The notes beneath the pieces were generated by a model. That model was not told where the DNA came from. It did not search any database and worked only from the letters and a program-made list of their open reading frames with translations. This document shows, in pieces, positions 1 to 8,838 of a stretch of DNA of 64,000 nucleotides. Position 1 is the first letter of the stretch; each line of letters starts with the position of its first letter. Source of the DNA: Nitrospirota bacterium (lineage in GTDB: Bacteria; Nitrospirota; Nitrospiria; Nitrospirales; Nitrospiraceae); the NCBI GenBank assembly GCA_963701855.1, contig CAVPBK010000013.1, positions 32,001 to 96,000 of the forward strand, written 5' to 3'. The position numbers and the translations under genes are program-made.

Positions 1-113
1 CGATTAATGAGAATGAGGAAGTAAAGAAAATGATTACTCGGGCGAAGGGAGAGACGGTTGTAGAGCTTACCCCTTCCCTTTTTGATGCCATTAAGGATGA
101 TCCAACCACATGA
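1..113 (+). CDS. 3' end of a gene running in from outside the window (partial, unknown product)
   Basis: Frame 3 is open from the window edge (INENEEVKKMITRAKGETVVELTPSLFDAIKDDPTT) to TGA at 111-113. Confidence 0.4.
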   Translation, partial: INENEEVKKMITRAKGETVVELTPSLFDAIKDDPTT

Positions 114-243
114 GTGATTTTCAAAATAGCCCACTACCGTCTAGAGCCCGCTTCCTTGCAATCCTGTCACAGGCTCGCTACCATATTTCGTGTAGATTCT
201 GGTCTAATACCACGGTACTTCACCACAACAAGGCTGGTTTCCT

Positions 244-1059
244 GTGCCCTGGCAAAAAGCTTCAGGCTCCATTCAATGGTCGATCATCATTCCAGCTCAT
301 AACGAGGCTGCCCGCATTTTGCCCTATCTTCGAAGCATCACCTCATACATGCAAGACCGAGGACAGCCTTACGAAGTTCTCGTGGTTGACGATGGCAGCA
401 TCGATGCCACGGCTTCCATTGTGGAAACCCTGGCTTCTACGGCCCCAGAAGTTCAATTACTGAGGATACCACTGCGCCGAGGTAAAGGCGCAGCCGTACG
501 GCGAGGGATGCACGCCGCCGTCGGACGACTACAACTCTTTACCGATGCAGACGGCGCCACTCCAATTCAGGAACTCGCCCGGCTTGAGGAAGCCATGGCG
601 AATGGAGCTGACGTGGCCATCGGATCGCGCTCACTTGCCTCCCGGTTACCGGACTATGCAGTCCAGGCTCGCTGGTATCGGACCATTTTGAGCAGCCTGT
701 TCAATTCACTCATACAGAAGAAGGGCCTCAGAGGGATCGCCGACACGCAATGTGGATTCAAACTGTTCCGTCAAACTGTGGCAGCAGACCTCTTTGGAGT
801 CTCTTCAATCGACGGCTATGGCTTCGACCTCGAACTGCTCTATGTGGCGCAACAACGCGGATACCGCATTGCAGAAATTCCGGTGAATTGGTCCCATCAG
901 CCCGGCTCAAAATTTCGCGTCTTCAGAGATGGGGTCGCCATGCTGCGCGAATTGGCTGTGATCAGACGGAATAGGGCCAAGGGCTGCTATGCGGCTCCAT
1001 CACACCCAAGGGATTTTCATCCGACCCCAGTCAGCCGACTCGGGCTCCCTCCGCAATGA
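244..1059 (+). CDS. Glycosyltransferase family 2 (dolichyl/polyprenyl-phosphate glucosyltransferase-like)
   Basis: SIIIPAHNE, VVDDGS, GKGAAVRRG, FTDADG (DxD), DTQCGFK and GFDLELL motifs. Confidence 0.92.
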   Translation: MPWQKASGSIQWSIIIPAHNEAARILPYLRSITSYMQDRGQPYEVLVVDDGSIDATASIVETLASTAPEVQLLRIPLRRGKGAAVRRGMHAAVGRLQLFTDADGATPIQELARLEEAMANGADVAIGSRSLASRLPDYAVQARWYRTILSSLFNSLIQKKGLRGIADTQCGFKLFRQTVAADLFGVSSIDGYGFDLELLYVAQQRGYRIAEIPVNWSHQPGSKFRVFRDGVAMLRELAVIRRNRAKGCYAAPSHPRDFHPTPVSRLGLPPQ

Positions 1060-1098
1060 AATCCCCCGCAAAATAACCGAGCGAGACAGGCGAGACTT

Positions 1099-3000
1099 GT
1101 GAAGATGAAATATCCGACCCCTCCCGCTTTTCGCGCGAGTCTCGCGCAAATAACGCGATGGGCCACCCTCGTGTGTCTCCTCATTTCAATAGGCGGGCTG
1201 TGGGGATGCGAGAAACTAACCTCGGCGCTTCACCGAACCTCCTTACCAGACATGGGCCCGCGTCTAGCCAACTCCGTCAAGCTAACTTTCGACCCCTCCT
1301 TCACCAATCTCAAGATGCAATACGTAGATGGATGCAGTAGCCCTCGCGATCTCAACGTGGGGGAAGAAGTCGAATCGATTATGATTGACGCGGCTTCCCA
1401 AAACTTTACGGCCGTGACCGTCATCGGTGGAATCCCGGCACAAATCCAGCCTGACACGGAGATCGTAGTCACGCTCCAACGCTCAGGCCTCAAACTTTGG
1501 GCTGATAATGTCTACGACAGGGTGCCTGCGGACATGACCCTTGAGGCGCGGGTAACCCTGAAGGATGCCAGGGGGAAAGAGCTTGGCCAGCAGACCATTT
1601 CCATCACACACAACCAACGCCTTATTCTAGAACCGGCCATACGCCGATGCGATTATGGCAATATAGGGGAGTTCGTACATGACGCCGGGATTGCACTCAC
1701 AACGCAATTCATGCGCACCGTTCGAACCCAGTTGGCAGCAACGGGCGGAACCGCTCCTGCACCAGTGGCAGCATCGCCTGTGAAACCAGTCCCGCCGACA
1801 CCGACCATACTATCCCAAGGCGCTCCATCGACACTTTTTTTTAAGGCCACTCTGCTGGACGAGAACAGCAATTTGCTCTTTGAAGGAGGCGAGCACATTC
1901 GGGTACGCATCGACCTCGTAAACGAAGGAGAGCAGGAACTACAGGGTGTCACAGCCGCCTTGACGGGAACCGCCTCGCTGCTCGCCCAGTTTCCTGCCAG
2001 CTCGCTGGCGATCGGACGACTGCAACCGGGCCAATCCCGCTCGATCGAATTTGTGGCGACGGTACCGCCGTCAATGCAACAGCAGAAGGCCGAAATCCAC
2101 GTGGCAGTCTCTGATTCTGGAACCCATGCTCAGCCGCTGACTCAAACTCTGGCCCTGACGATCCAACCAACCGGCATCAAGGCCGATGACGTAGATCACA
2201 TCCCTCCTGTGCTCACCGGATTTCGGCAGCCCCATACCTATTTGATCTCAATTGGGATCGGATCCTACCGAAACCGGCAAGTCCTATCCCGCAAGTTCGC
2301 TTCCTTGGATGCCCAGGTGGTCTCGAACTATTTTCAGGCCCTCGGTGGCTTACCGGCTTCCAATATTCTTCTACTGCAAAACTGGAAAGCCTTACGCTCT
2401 GATATTGACGAAGCGCTGCTGGATTGGCTGCCACCTTATATGAATAAGGACGCGGTTGTTATTGTCTATTTCGCCGGTCTAGCTTCGGTCTCTTCGACGG
2501 GAGAGACGTTCCTGATACCGTACGATGGAATCGCCACGACCGCCTCAAAGGCCTACTCGATCAAAGATTTGGAGGCAGCGCTGGCTCGATTGAAAGCGAA
2601 ACAGACAGTATTTCTGTTCGATGGCATCGTGTCTCGCATGGAACCGGATAACCGAACTAAGATTGCCCGGCCTCAATGGAGTCCCACGGGAAGCTCGACC
2701 ATCCATGTCATCGGGACCAGCGGCATCGGGCAAGGGTTAGAGGATGACCAGCATCAGCATGGCCTATTCACCTACTATCTGCTGCGAGCACTGCGTGGTG
2801 AGGCCGACACCAACCGGGACGGCGACGTGACGCTCGGCGAAACGGTGACCTATCTCAGCCAGAAAGTGCGCTGGGCATCCAAAACCCGCATGAACCAGGA
2901 GCAACGCCCCTTTGCTGTTCCGGCGATTCTCCCAACCGATCCTTCCGCTGCCTTGATTTTGACCAAGCAAGCTGCGATCCAGGGCACCGAAGCTCACTAA
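1099..3000 (+). CDS. Putative lipoprotein with Ig-like middle region and C-terminal caspase-like (peptidase C14) domain; catalytic dyad replaced
   Basis: Lipobox-like LWGC; ISIGIGSY, VIVYFAGLA, VFLFDG, HGLFTYYLLRALRGEADTNRDGDVTLGE motifs; exact start uncertain. Confidence 0.8.
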   Translation: MKMKYPTPPAFRASLAQITRWATLVCLLISIGGLWGCEKLTSALHRTSLPDMGPRLANSVKLTFDPSFTNLKMQYVDGCSSPRDLNVGEEVESIMIDAASQNFTAVTVIGGIPAQIQPDTEIVVTLQRSGLKLWADNVYDRVPADMTLEARVTLKDARGKELGQQTISITHNQRLILEPAIRRCDYGNIGEFVHDAGIALTTQFMRTVRTQLAATGGTAPAPVAASPVKPVPPTPTILSQGAPSTLFFKATLLDENSNLLFEGGEHIRVRIDLVNEGEQELQGVTAALTGTASLLAQFPASSLAIGRLQPGQSRSIEFVATVPPSMQQQKAEIHVAVSDSGTHAQPLTQTLALTIQPTGIKADDVDHIPPVLTGFRQPHTYLISIGIGSYRNRQVLSRKFASLDAQVVSNYFQALGGLPASNILLLQNWKALRSDIDEALLDWLPPYMNKDAVVIVYFAGLASVSSTGETFLIPYDGIATTASKAYSIKDLEAALARLKAKQTVFLFDGIVSRMEPDNRTKIARPQWSPTGSSTIHVIGTSGIGQGLEDDQHQHGLFTYYLLRALRGEADTNRDGDVTLGETVTYLSQKVRWASKTRMNQEQRPFAVPAILPTDPSAALILTKQAAIQGTEAH

Positions 3001-3170
3001 CTAGCAGGAAACTGAAAAAGTTCGCCAGCGGCGTTCTCGCTTCGTTCAGACCCTCAACGTACCGCAAGAGTACGCCTCATGTCTTCACTCGCTGCGGCCT
3101 TGCTTGGGACAAGGGTGTCTCGGCGCGCCAGGGTTGGGTAGGCGAGAAGTCCGACCTTTTGAGCATCCTG
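3001..3170. mobile_element. MITE-like repeat, family A copy 1
   Basis: CTAG followed by CAGGAAACTGAAAAA ... TTTTGAGCATCCTG; body similar to 40796-40918 and 47350-47562. Confidence 0.75.
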
Positions 3171-3282
3171 AGGGATTACGCTTCTGTTACAGTCGCTCTC
3201 CTCATCCGCCGAACCCCGTCGCGCCGCACTACGCCTTTCCCTTCCACGGATGTTCAACCAGACAGAGTCACACGGTCTGAAG

Positions 3283-3320
3283 AAAAACAGAGGGTGGAGG
3301 ATTCGATCCTCCACCCTCTT
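3283..3320. terminator. Intrinsic terminator hairpin between convergent genes
   Basis: AGAGGGTGGAGG / CCTCCACCCTCT perfect 12-bp stem with an A-tract on the left (U-tract for the minus-strand cytochrome c gene). Confidence 0.75.
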
Positions 3321-3341
3321 AAACTGACACCTGCGATGAAA

Positions 3342-3788
3342 CTACTCGCCCTTACAGAAGGTCCGCTCGTAGTTGATGATCAGCCAGGCTTCCTCTTCCG
3401 TGATAATTGCTGGGGTCAAGGAGATCATGCCTGTGCCGGCACTACCGTTCTTAATCACCCAGAATAATTCGCCATCTTTCCGCTTCTTATGGAACTTACA
3501 GTTCGTGAAATCGCGGGGGCTCGGATTGAGAACCTTCCCGGCTTCGCCCTGGCCATCCCCGTTCTTGCCATGGCAATTGAAGCAGGTACCCTTACCCTCG
3601 AAGAGTGCCTTTCCTTTTGCAATGCTCTCTGGAGTCGAAGCAATCGGATTCTTGTTGGCCTTCGCGTCGGCAATCTGATCAGCCGGGACACGGGCCTTGA
3701 GTGGATCCTTCTCCTCGGCTCCCACTACTGAAACCGACAGCATGATCAACGCTGCGCTGATTCCCAGAAACTTAGCAAAATGCCCCAT
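3342..3788 (-). CDS. Monoheme periplasmic c-type cytochrome
   Basis: Signal peptide, CFNCH heme motif, distal Met (GTGMI); AAGGAGG RBS before the ATG at 3788. Confidence 0.92.
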   Translation of the reverse strand: MGHFAKFLGISAALIMLSVSVVGAEEKDPLKARVPADQIADAKANKNPIASTPESIAKGKALFEGKGTCFNCHGKNGDGQGEAGKVLNPSPRDFTNCKFHKKRKDGELFWVIKNGSAGTGMISLTPAIITEEEAWLIINYERTFCKGE

Positions 3789-3882
3789 CAGACTTCCTCC
3801 TTTGTGTTTAACCACCGCATGTGAACCCGGCATCGGGCCACATGGCTCATGAGATCCATGTTAAAGCGACAAAACGCGGGCG

Positions 3883-3912
3883 AATATAACAATGGCCTTC
3901 CACTCATGTCAA
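3883..3912 (-). promoter_or_regulatory. Putative sigma70 promoter for the cytochrome c gene
   Basis: TTGACA-18 nt-TATATT with an extended TGn on the minus strand. Confidence 0.55.
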
Positions 3913-4199
3913 GCAATCCAGGGTGCGATCGGAAAGTCTCCACACTCCGCCACTCCTTCACCACTTCACAATCTCGTTCTCGGCCCCATACTCACTTCCG
4001 CACAGTCTGACTTTGCTCAGTCCTACCAAATACTGATCAAGGTTCGTGCCAGAACACTCTCACAGCAAGGCATGATATTCCAGCTAGTTAGGGCATTTAG
4101 AATCACGGCAATCTCAGAAGTCTCAATAGGGTGGCACCATTGCGCCTCAGTCCTTGCTGTGGCGCCCCATTCTTTGATATCCCACACCTGTGCAGCTTC

Positions 4200-4306
4200 T
4201 ATTCGGTCTGTCTGCCTAGTTTGCTTAGTCTGTCTGGTTCTTTGGTTGAACGAAACTAACCAGGTTAACCAGACGGACCAGACAGACTAGATAACCAGAT
4301 AGACCG
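4200..4306. repeat. 9-bp-periodic imperfect palindrome (family B hairpin)
   Basis: TCTGTCTGG/TTGCTTAG-type units followed by complementary AACCAGAC/ACCAGATAG units; similar to 38478, 43366 and 44716. Confidence 0.75.
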
Positions 4307-4368
4307 GGCGTATCCGAGGCGGGTGCGAAGGTCACATACTGTGACCGGATGAACGGGCTAGAGGACGG

Positions 4369-5319
4369 TCAGCGTTTGATGACAATATCGCGGGCAACTT
4401 TTCCGCTTGGGCCGAAGGGTTTTTGAGGTTTGCCGTTGAGTTCGGCCTTGACGCCTCCGGCGTTGCCAAGCGTCAGGATAAACTGGTCTTGGCCTTTCCA
4501 TCTGGCCTTTTCTCCAGGCCGGAGCAAAGCCTCTTGAGGACTGCCGCCATCGATTTGAACGACGACCCAACTCAGCTCTGTCGCCTCAAGGTCGAGCGCC
4601 AACTGTCCCTCCGTTGCTTCAGACCCTTCAAGTGAAATTCCCCCCAGAGGTCCATCACTCCCAAGCGACGAAGGAGCCGGAACCGCAGGTTCATGCGCAA
4701 CCGAAGCTGTAGATACTGAACCGGTCACTGGCCCAGCATTACGTCCACCTTCTTCACTTACTTTTGCTGGCACGGCAGGAGGTTCGCTTTGTTTAGTCTT
4801 GGGAAGGGCCGGTGGAGCCGGCGGAACCACCTCGGTCTGCTGGATTGGGGGCGTGTCCTGAGATTCTGGAATCGTTGTAACGGTCCGCTTGGATGAGGTA
4901 GGTGGAGTGTCTGAGCTCGAACGACGGACCAGAAGCGACGACTGTTCCCGGCTTAAGAGGAAGATGAGCGTGAGGATTGCGATGCCGATCGCGATCGCGA
5001 CGGCCTTTCGATTGGATTGGCGCTTCCGCTCTTCTTCTGCCTGCCTGACTTTTAAACGTTCCCGCTCGCCTTGCTTGTCGTAATAGGCGCCTGCCGATTG
5101 TGCGAATCGGTGGATCGCATCGTCTTCATCGAGTCCGAGGGACCGGGCATAGGACCGGACAAACCCTCGCGCAAACACTTGATCGGGCAACTTGGCGAAA
5201 TTTCCATCTTCCAGCGCCTTCACAAAATCAGTTCGGATTCGCGTCTTGGACGCGACTTCATCGATGGTGAGCCCCTTGGTCTCTCGCACCTGTTTAAAAA
5301 ATTCGCCGATCGATTCCAT
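4369..5319 (-). CDS. rodZ: RodZ-like cytoskeleton protein (XRE HTH, TM helix, DUF4115)
   Basis: IGEFFKQVRE..ALEDGNF..LP..FARGFVRSYA, a TM segment and C-terminal LGNAGGV. Confidence 0.88.
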   Translation of the reverse strand: MESIGEFFKQVRETKGLTIDEVASKTRIRTDFVKALEDGNFAKLPDQVFARGFVRSYARSLGLDEDDAIHRFAQSAGAYYDKQGERERLKVRQAEEERKRQSNRKAVAIAIGIAILTLIFLLSREQSSLLVRRSSSDTPPTSSKRTVTTIPESQDTPPIQQTEVVPPAPPALPKTKQSEPPAVPAKVSEEGGRNAGPVTGSVSTASVAHEPAVPAPSSLGSDGPLGGISLEGSEATEGQLALDLEATELSWVVVQIDGGSPQEALLRPGEKARWKGQDQFILTLGNAGGVKAELNGKPQKPFGPSGKVARDIVIKR

Positions 5320-5329
5320 GGGTTTCTCT

Positions 5330-6016
5330 CTATGGCTTAAGCCGTGTCAGCAATTCCTTCGCGGCTGCCGCATGCTCACCACCCTTATCGAGTGTCGTCA
5401 CCTTGGTCAGGGTTTCCCTTGAGCGTCGTTCGAACCCCAGCTTATAATACGCTCGCCCCAGCTCCAAATATAGTTGCGCTGGAGGAACATTGGGAGGATT
5501 GACCACTAAAGCATCCTCAAATGCCTCTATCGCTCCCTGGTAATCATTCTCGTGAGCCAGCGACCGTCCGAGATGGAATCGAGCCAGGTCCGGCGTTGCA
5601 TACAACGGATTAGTCAGCGCCTGACGGAATGCCGCGATCGCTTCCGTCCACCGTCCCTGTTTCTCCAAGATCTGGCCCAGATAGGTGTACGCTTCCGAGT
5701 AATTTTCATCGAGCTTCGTCGCGGCCAGAAATTCTTCCTCGGCCTGGGGTAACTTCCCCTGCAACGCCAGAATATGGCCGAGCCCGTATCGTGCCTCTTT
5801 ATTGTTCGGATCGAGCTTCACGGCCTTCTGGAACGACACAAAGGCCTTCTGCTTATCGTGCTCCAGGCTCGCGACACCTTCCTGGTAGTACCCTTTTGAC
5901 TTCTGTACCGAACCTTCCGATGTGGCACAGCCTGGCAGCCATCCGATCAACAGGGCCAACACAAGCAATGGACCCGCCAATGCTCGAACAATCGAACCGG
6001 CAAAGAGATTCTGCAT
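5330..6016 (-). CDS. TPR lipoprotein, PilF/PilW-like
   Basis: Lipobox LPGC, TPR repeats, ALTNPLYATP motif, position upstream of rodZ. Confidence 0.8.
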   Translation of the reverse strand: MQNLFAGSIVRALAGPLLVLALLIGWLPGCATSEGSVQKSKGYYQEGVASLEHDKQKAFVSFQKAVKLDPNNKEARYGLGHILALQGKLPQAEEEFLAATKLDENYSEAYTYLGQILEKQGRWTEAIAAFRQALTNPLYATPDLARFHLGRSLAHENDYQGAIEAFEDALVVNPPNVPPAQLYLELGRAYYKLGFERRSRETLTKVTTLDKGGEHAAAAKELLTRLKP

Positions 6017-6930
6017 CACGAAATATCCTCGAAATGAGTCAACTGCTTAAATGCTCGAAACCGTTCTTGAATCTCTTTGTAGTCCAGGATTCGCAAACGG
6101 TCAAGACTAAAGGATTCTACCGCAAAAGACGCCATGACGCTCCCAAAGATAATCGCCTGCTTGAAGGCCTCGACCGAACGATTGCCGGTGGCCGTCAAGT
6201 AGCCCAGGAAACCGCCGGCGAAGGTATCCCCTGCACCGGTAGGATCGCGCACGTCTTCAAGTGGAAAGGCCGGAGCCCCGAACACCTGCTTCCCGTTGAA
6301 CATCAAGACCCCATATTCACCACGCTTGATGATGAGGTGCTTGGGTCCACGCGCGAGTATTTTTTGTGCGACCTTCACCAGATTTGTATCTTCGCCGAGT
6401 GCCCGGGCCTCCCCATCGTTAATGATGAGAATATCGACCTTCTCCAAGACTCGCCACAATGCATCGCGCTTGCCGTTAATCCAAAAGTTCATCGTATCGC
6501 ACGCGACTAAGGGCGGACGCGGAAGCTTCTGCAGCACATCCAACTGAAGCTCCGGATCGATATTGCCCAAGAACAAAAGGTCCGGGGATCGATATGCCTC
6601 GGGAATCTTTGGCCGAAAGGTTTCGAACACGTTGAGTTTCGTATCGAGCGTATGCGCTTCGTTGAGCTGGTGCGTATACTCCCCTTTCCATCGAAACGTC
6701 GCCCCTGGCCTCCGCTCCAACCCAGTCAAGTCGATGCCACGGCTCTTGAGAAAGGCCAAGTGTTGCGGGGGAAAATCTTCCCCCACCACAGCAATGAGAT
6801 CCACGCTGGTAAAGTAACTGGCCGCGGTTGAAAAAAATGTAGCCGAACCTCCAAGAGCCTCACTGACCTCCCCGAATGGTGTTTTCACCGTATCTAATGC
6901 GACCGACCCGACGACAAGCAGTTTTCCCAT
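6016..6930 (-). CDS. PfkB-family carbohydrate/nucleoside kinase
   Basis: VVGSVALD, GGSA and DPTGAGDTFAGG signature. Confidence 0.92.
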   Translation of the reverse strand: MGKLLVVGSVALDTVKTPFGEVSEALGGSATFFSTAASYFTSVDLIAVVGEDFPPQHLAFLKSRGIDLTGLERRPGATFRWKGEYTHQLNEAHTLDTKLNVFETFRPKIPEAYRSPDLLFLGNIDPELQLDVLQKLPRPPLVACDTMNFWINGKRDALWRVLEKVDILIINDGEARALGEDTNLVKVAQKILARGPKHLIIKRGEYGVLMFNGKQVFGAPAFPLEDVRDPTGAGDTFAGGFLGYLTATGNRSVEAFKQAIIFGSVMASFAVESFSLDRLRILDYKEIQERFRAFKQLTHFEDIS

Positions 6931-6933
6931 GGC

Positions 6934-7833
6934 TTACCGAATTCCTTTCTTTCCCGGAACGACCCGATCCATCAACAAGGCCAGCTTCCGTCGGAGCGAG
7001 GCAGGCATCCGATCCGGCGCCGTGATAATGGCATCCTGCAATGCGCGCTGACAGCTGCAACCCTTGACATCGGTCACCGCAGGCATCGCCGTCCGCAACA
7101 GCCGCTTGGCCAGTACGACATTCTGACGGAGCGTGGTCAGGATCGCCTCGACAGTGACTGCCTCTTCCGTCTCATGCCAACAATCGTAATCGGTCGCCAG
7201 GGCCACTGTGGCGTAGCAAAGTTCCGCCTCGCGTGCGAGCTTGGCCTCAGGGAGATTCGTCATCCCGATCACACTCGCACCCCACTGACGATACAACCGG
7301 GACTCCCCTTTGGTCGAAAACTGTGGGCCTTCGATGCAGAGATAGACACCGCCCTGATGCACGGTGGCGCCGACTGTTCGAGCCGCATCCAACAATGCCA
7401 CCCCGAGCGAGGCACAGACCGGATCGCCGAACGCCACATGGGCGACAATACCGCCCTCAAAGAATGTTGACACCCGCCGTTTGGTGAGATCGATAAACTG
7501 ATCAGGCAATACCACATCGCCGGGTTTGATTGATTCCTTCATGCTGCCAACCGCACTCACAGAAATCACCCGCCGAACACCTAGCGACTTCAGCGCATAG
7601 ATATTCGCGCGATAGTTGATTTCGGAAGGATTGATTCCATGTCCGCGTCCATGCCGTGAGAGAAAGGCGATACGAATCCCCTCTAATTCTCCGAGCATCA
7701 CCTTGTCGGAGGGAGCCCCGAAGGGGGTCTTGATAGAACGTTCCTTGACCCTCCGAAGGCCCTCGATGTCGTAGAGCCCACTACCGCCGATGATCCCGAT
7801 GTCTGCGCTCGCTGCATTCCCCTGCCGCGCCAT
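6934..7833 (-). CDS. mtnP: S-methyl-5'-thioadenosine phosphorylase
   Basis: IGIIGGSGLY, RHGRGH, NYRANIYAL, EGPQFST, GMTNLPEAKLAREAE, TDYDCWH. Confidence 0.93.
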   Translation of the reverse strand: MARQGNAASADIGIIGGSGLYDIEGLRRVKERSIKTPFGAPSDKVMLGELEGIRIAFLSRHGRGHGINPSEINYRANIYALKSLGVRRVISVSAVGSMKESIKPGDVVLPDQFIDLTKRRVSTFFEGGIVAHVAFGDPVCASLGVALLDAARTVGATVHQGGVYLCIEGPQFSTKGESRLYRQWGASVIGMTNLPEAKLAREAELCYATVALATDYDCWHETEEAVTVEAILTTLRQNVVLAKRLLRTAMPAVTDVKGCSCQRALQDAIITAPDRMPASLRRKLALLMDRVVPGKKGIR

Positions 7834-7842
7834 CCTAAGCCC

Positions 7843-8838
7843 TCACAATAGTGTGGTGAGAAATCGATCCACTTGCCCGATCACCCGTGCGGCCGTGTGC
7901 TCGACCGATTCCGACTCCCCGATCGTCAACCACTGAATCCCCGGCTCCTTTCGAAACCAGGTCATTTGCCGTTTGGAAAAATGTCTCGTGTCCCGTTTGA
8001 ACCGCCGAACCATTTCAGCAGCGTCATACTCACCGGCTAAATGCCCGGCTACCTGCCGATACCCCAAGCCCTTCATGGCCGCACTGTTGCGCTGATTCCC
8101 CTGGGCCAGGAGTTGTTGCGTCTCTTCGATCAAACCGTGAGCCAGCTGCCAATCGATCCGCTCCTCGATACGCCGATACAACGCATCGCGGTCTCGGTTC
8201 AAGCCGACAACTAAGGCTGAATAAGGCCGCTCGGCAAATCCATGCTTCTCCTGGAACTCCGACATCCGACGACCGGATAGCTGGTACACCTCCAGCGCTC
8301 GGATCACTTTCGATTCGTCACGCGGGTGCAACCGCGCCGCGGCCACAGGATCGACATCCACAAGCCTTGCATAAAGGCGGTCATATCCTTGGTCCTTCGC
8401 CTCCTGCCGCAGGGCCGCCCGCACAATCGGTTCGGCCTGTGGCGCGTCACACAAGCCCTTGAGGAGTGTCCGCACATAGAGCCCTGTGCCACCCACTACC
8501 AAGGGAAGGCGGCAGTCTCGATAGAGGCGCCCGATCTCATCGACCGCCTGGCGGCGATACAATCCTGCATTAAACTGTTCGTCTGGATCGACAAGATCGA
8601 TCAGTCGATGGGGAATCGCCTGGCGCTCCTGCGTGGATGGTTTATCCGTCCCGACATCCATGCCACGATAGACTTGCCTTGAATCCGCCGTGAGCACCTC
8701 GGTCTCGAAGGCTTTTGCGACTTCGATCGCAACGCGGCTCTTCCCCACAGCAGTCGGTCCAACTATCACGACAACAGGCTTGAACCGGACCTGCGTCTCG
8801 GAGAGACGACATGTCGCTCTCTCTGGAATAGCCATCAT
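7843..8838 (-). CDS. miaA: tRNA dimethylallyltransferase
   Basis: GPTAVGKS, DSRQVYRGMDVGTDKP, GGTGLY, KRQMTWFR. Confidence 0.96.
   Translation of the reverse strand: MMAIPERATCRLSETQVRFKPVVVIVGPTAVGKSRVAIEVAKAFETEVLTADSRQVYRGMDVGTDKPSTQERQAIPHRLIDLVDPDEQFNAGLYRRQAVDEIGRLYRDCRLPLVVGGTGLYVRTLLKGLCDAPQAEPIVRAALRQEAKDQGYDRLYARLVDVDPVAAARLHPRDESKVIRALEVYQLSGRRMSEFQEKHGFAERPYSALVVGLNRDRDALYRRIEERIDWQLAHGLIEETQQLLAQGNQRNSAAMKGLGYRQVAGHLAGEYDAAEMVRRFKRDTRHFSKRQMTWFRKEPGIQWLTIGESESVEHTAARVIGQVDRFLTTLL

Noticed and set aside
4034..4051. TGGCACGAACCTTGAT as a sigma54 promoter for the cytochrome c gene
   Set aside because: It lacks the conserved -12 GC and a better sigma70 promoter lies closer to the gene.
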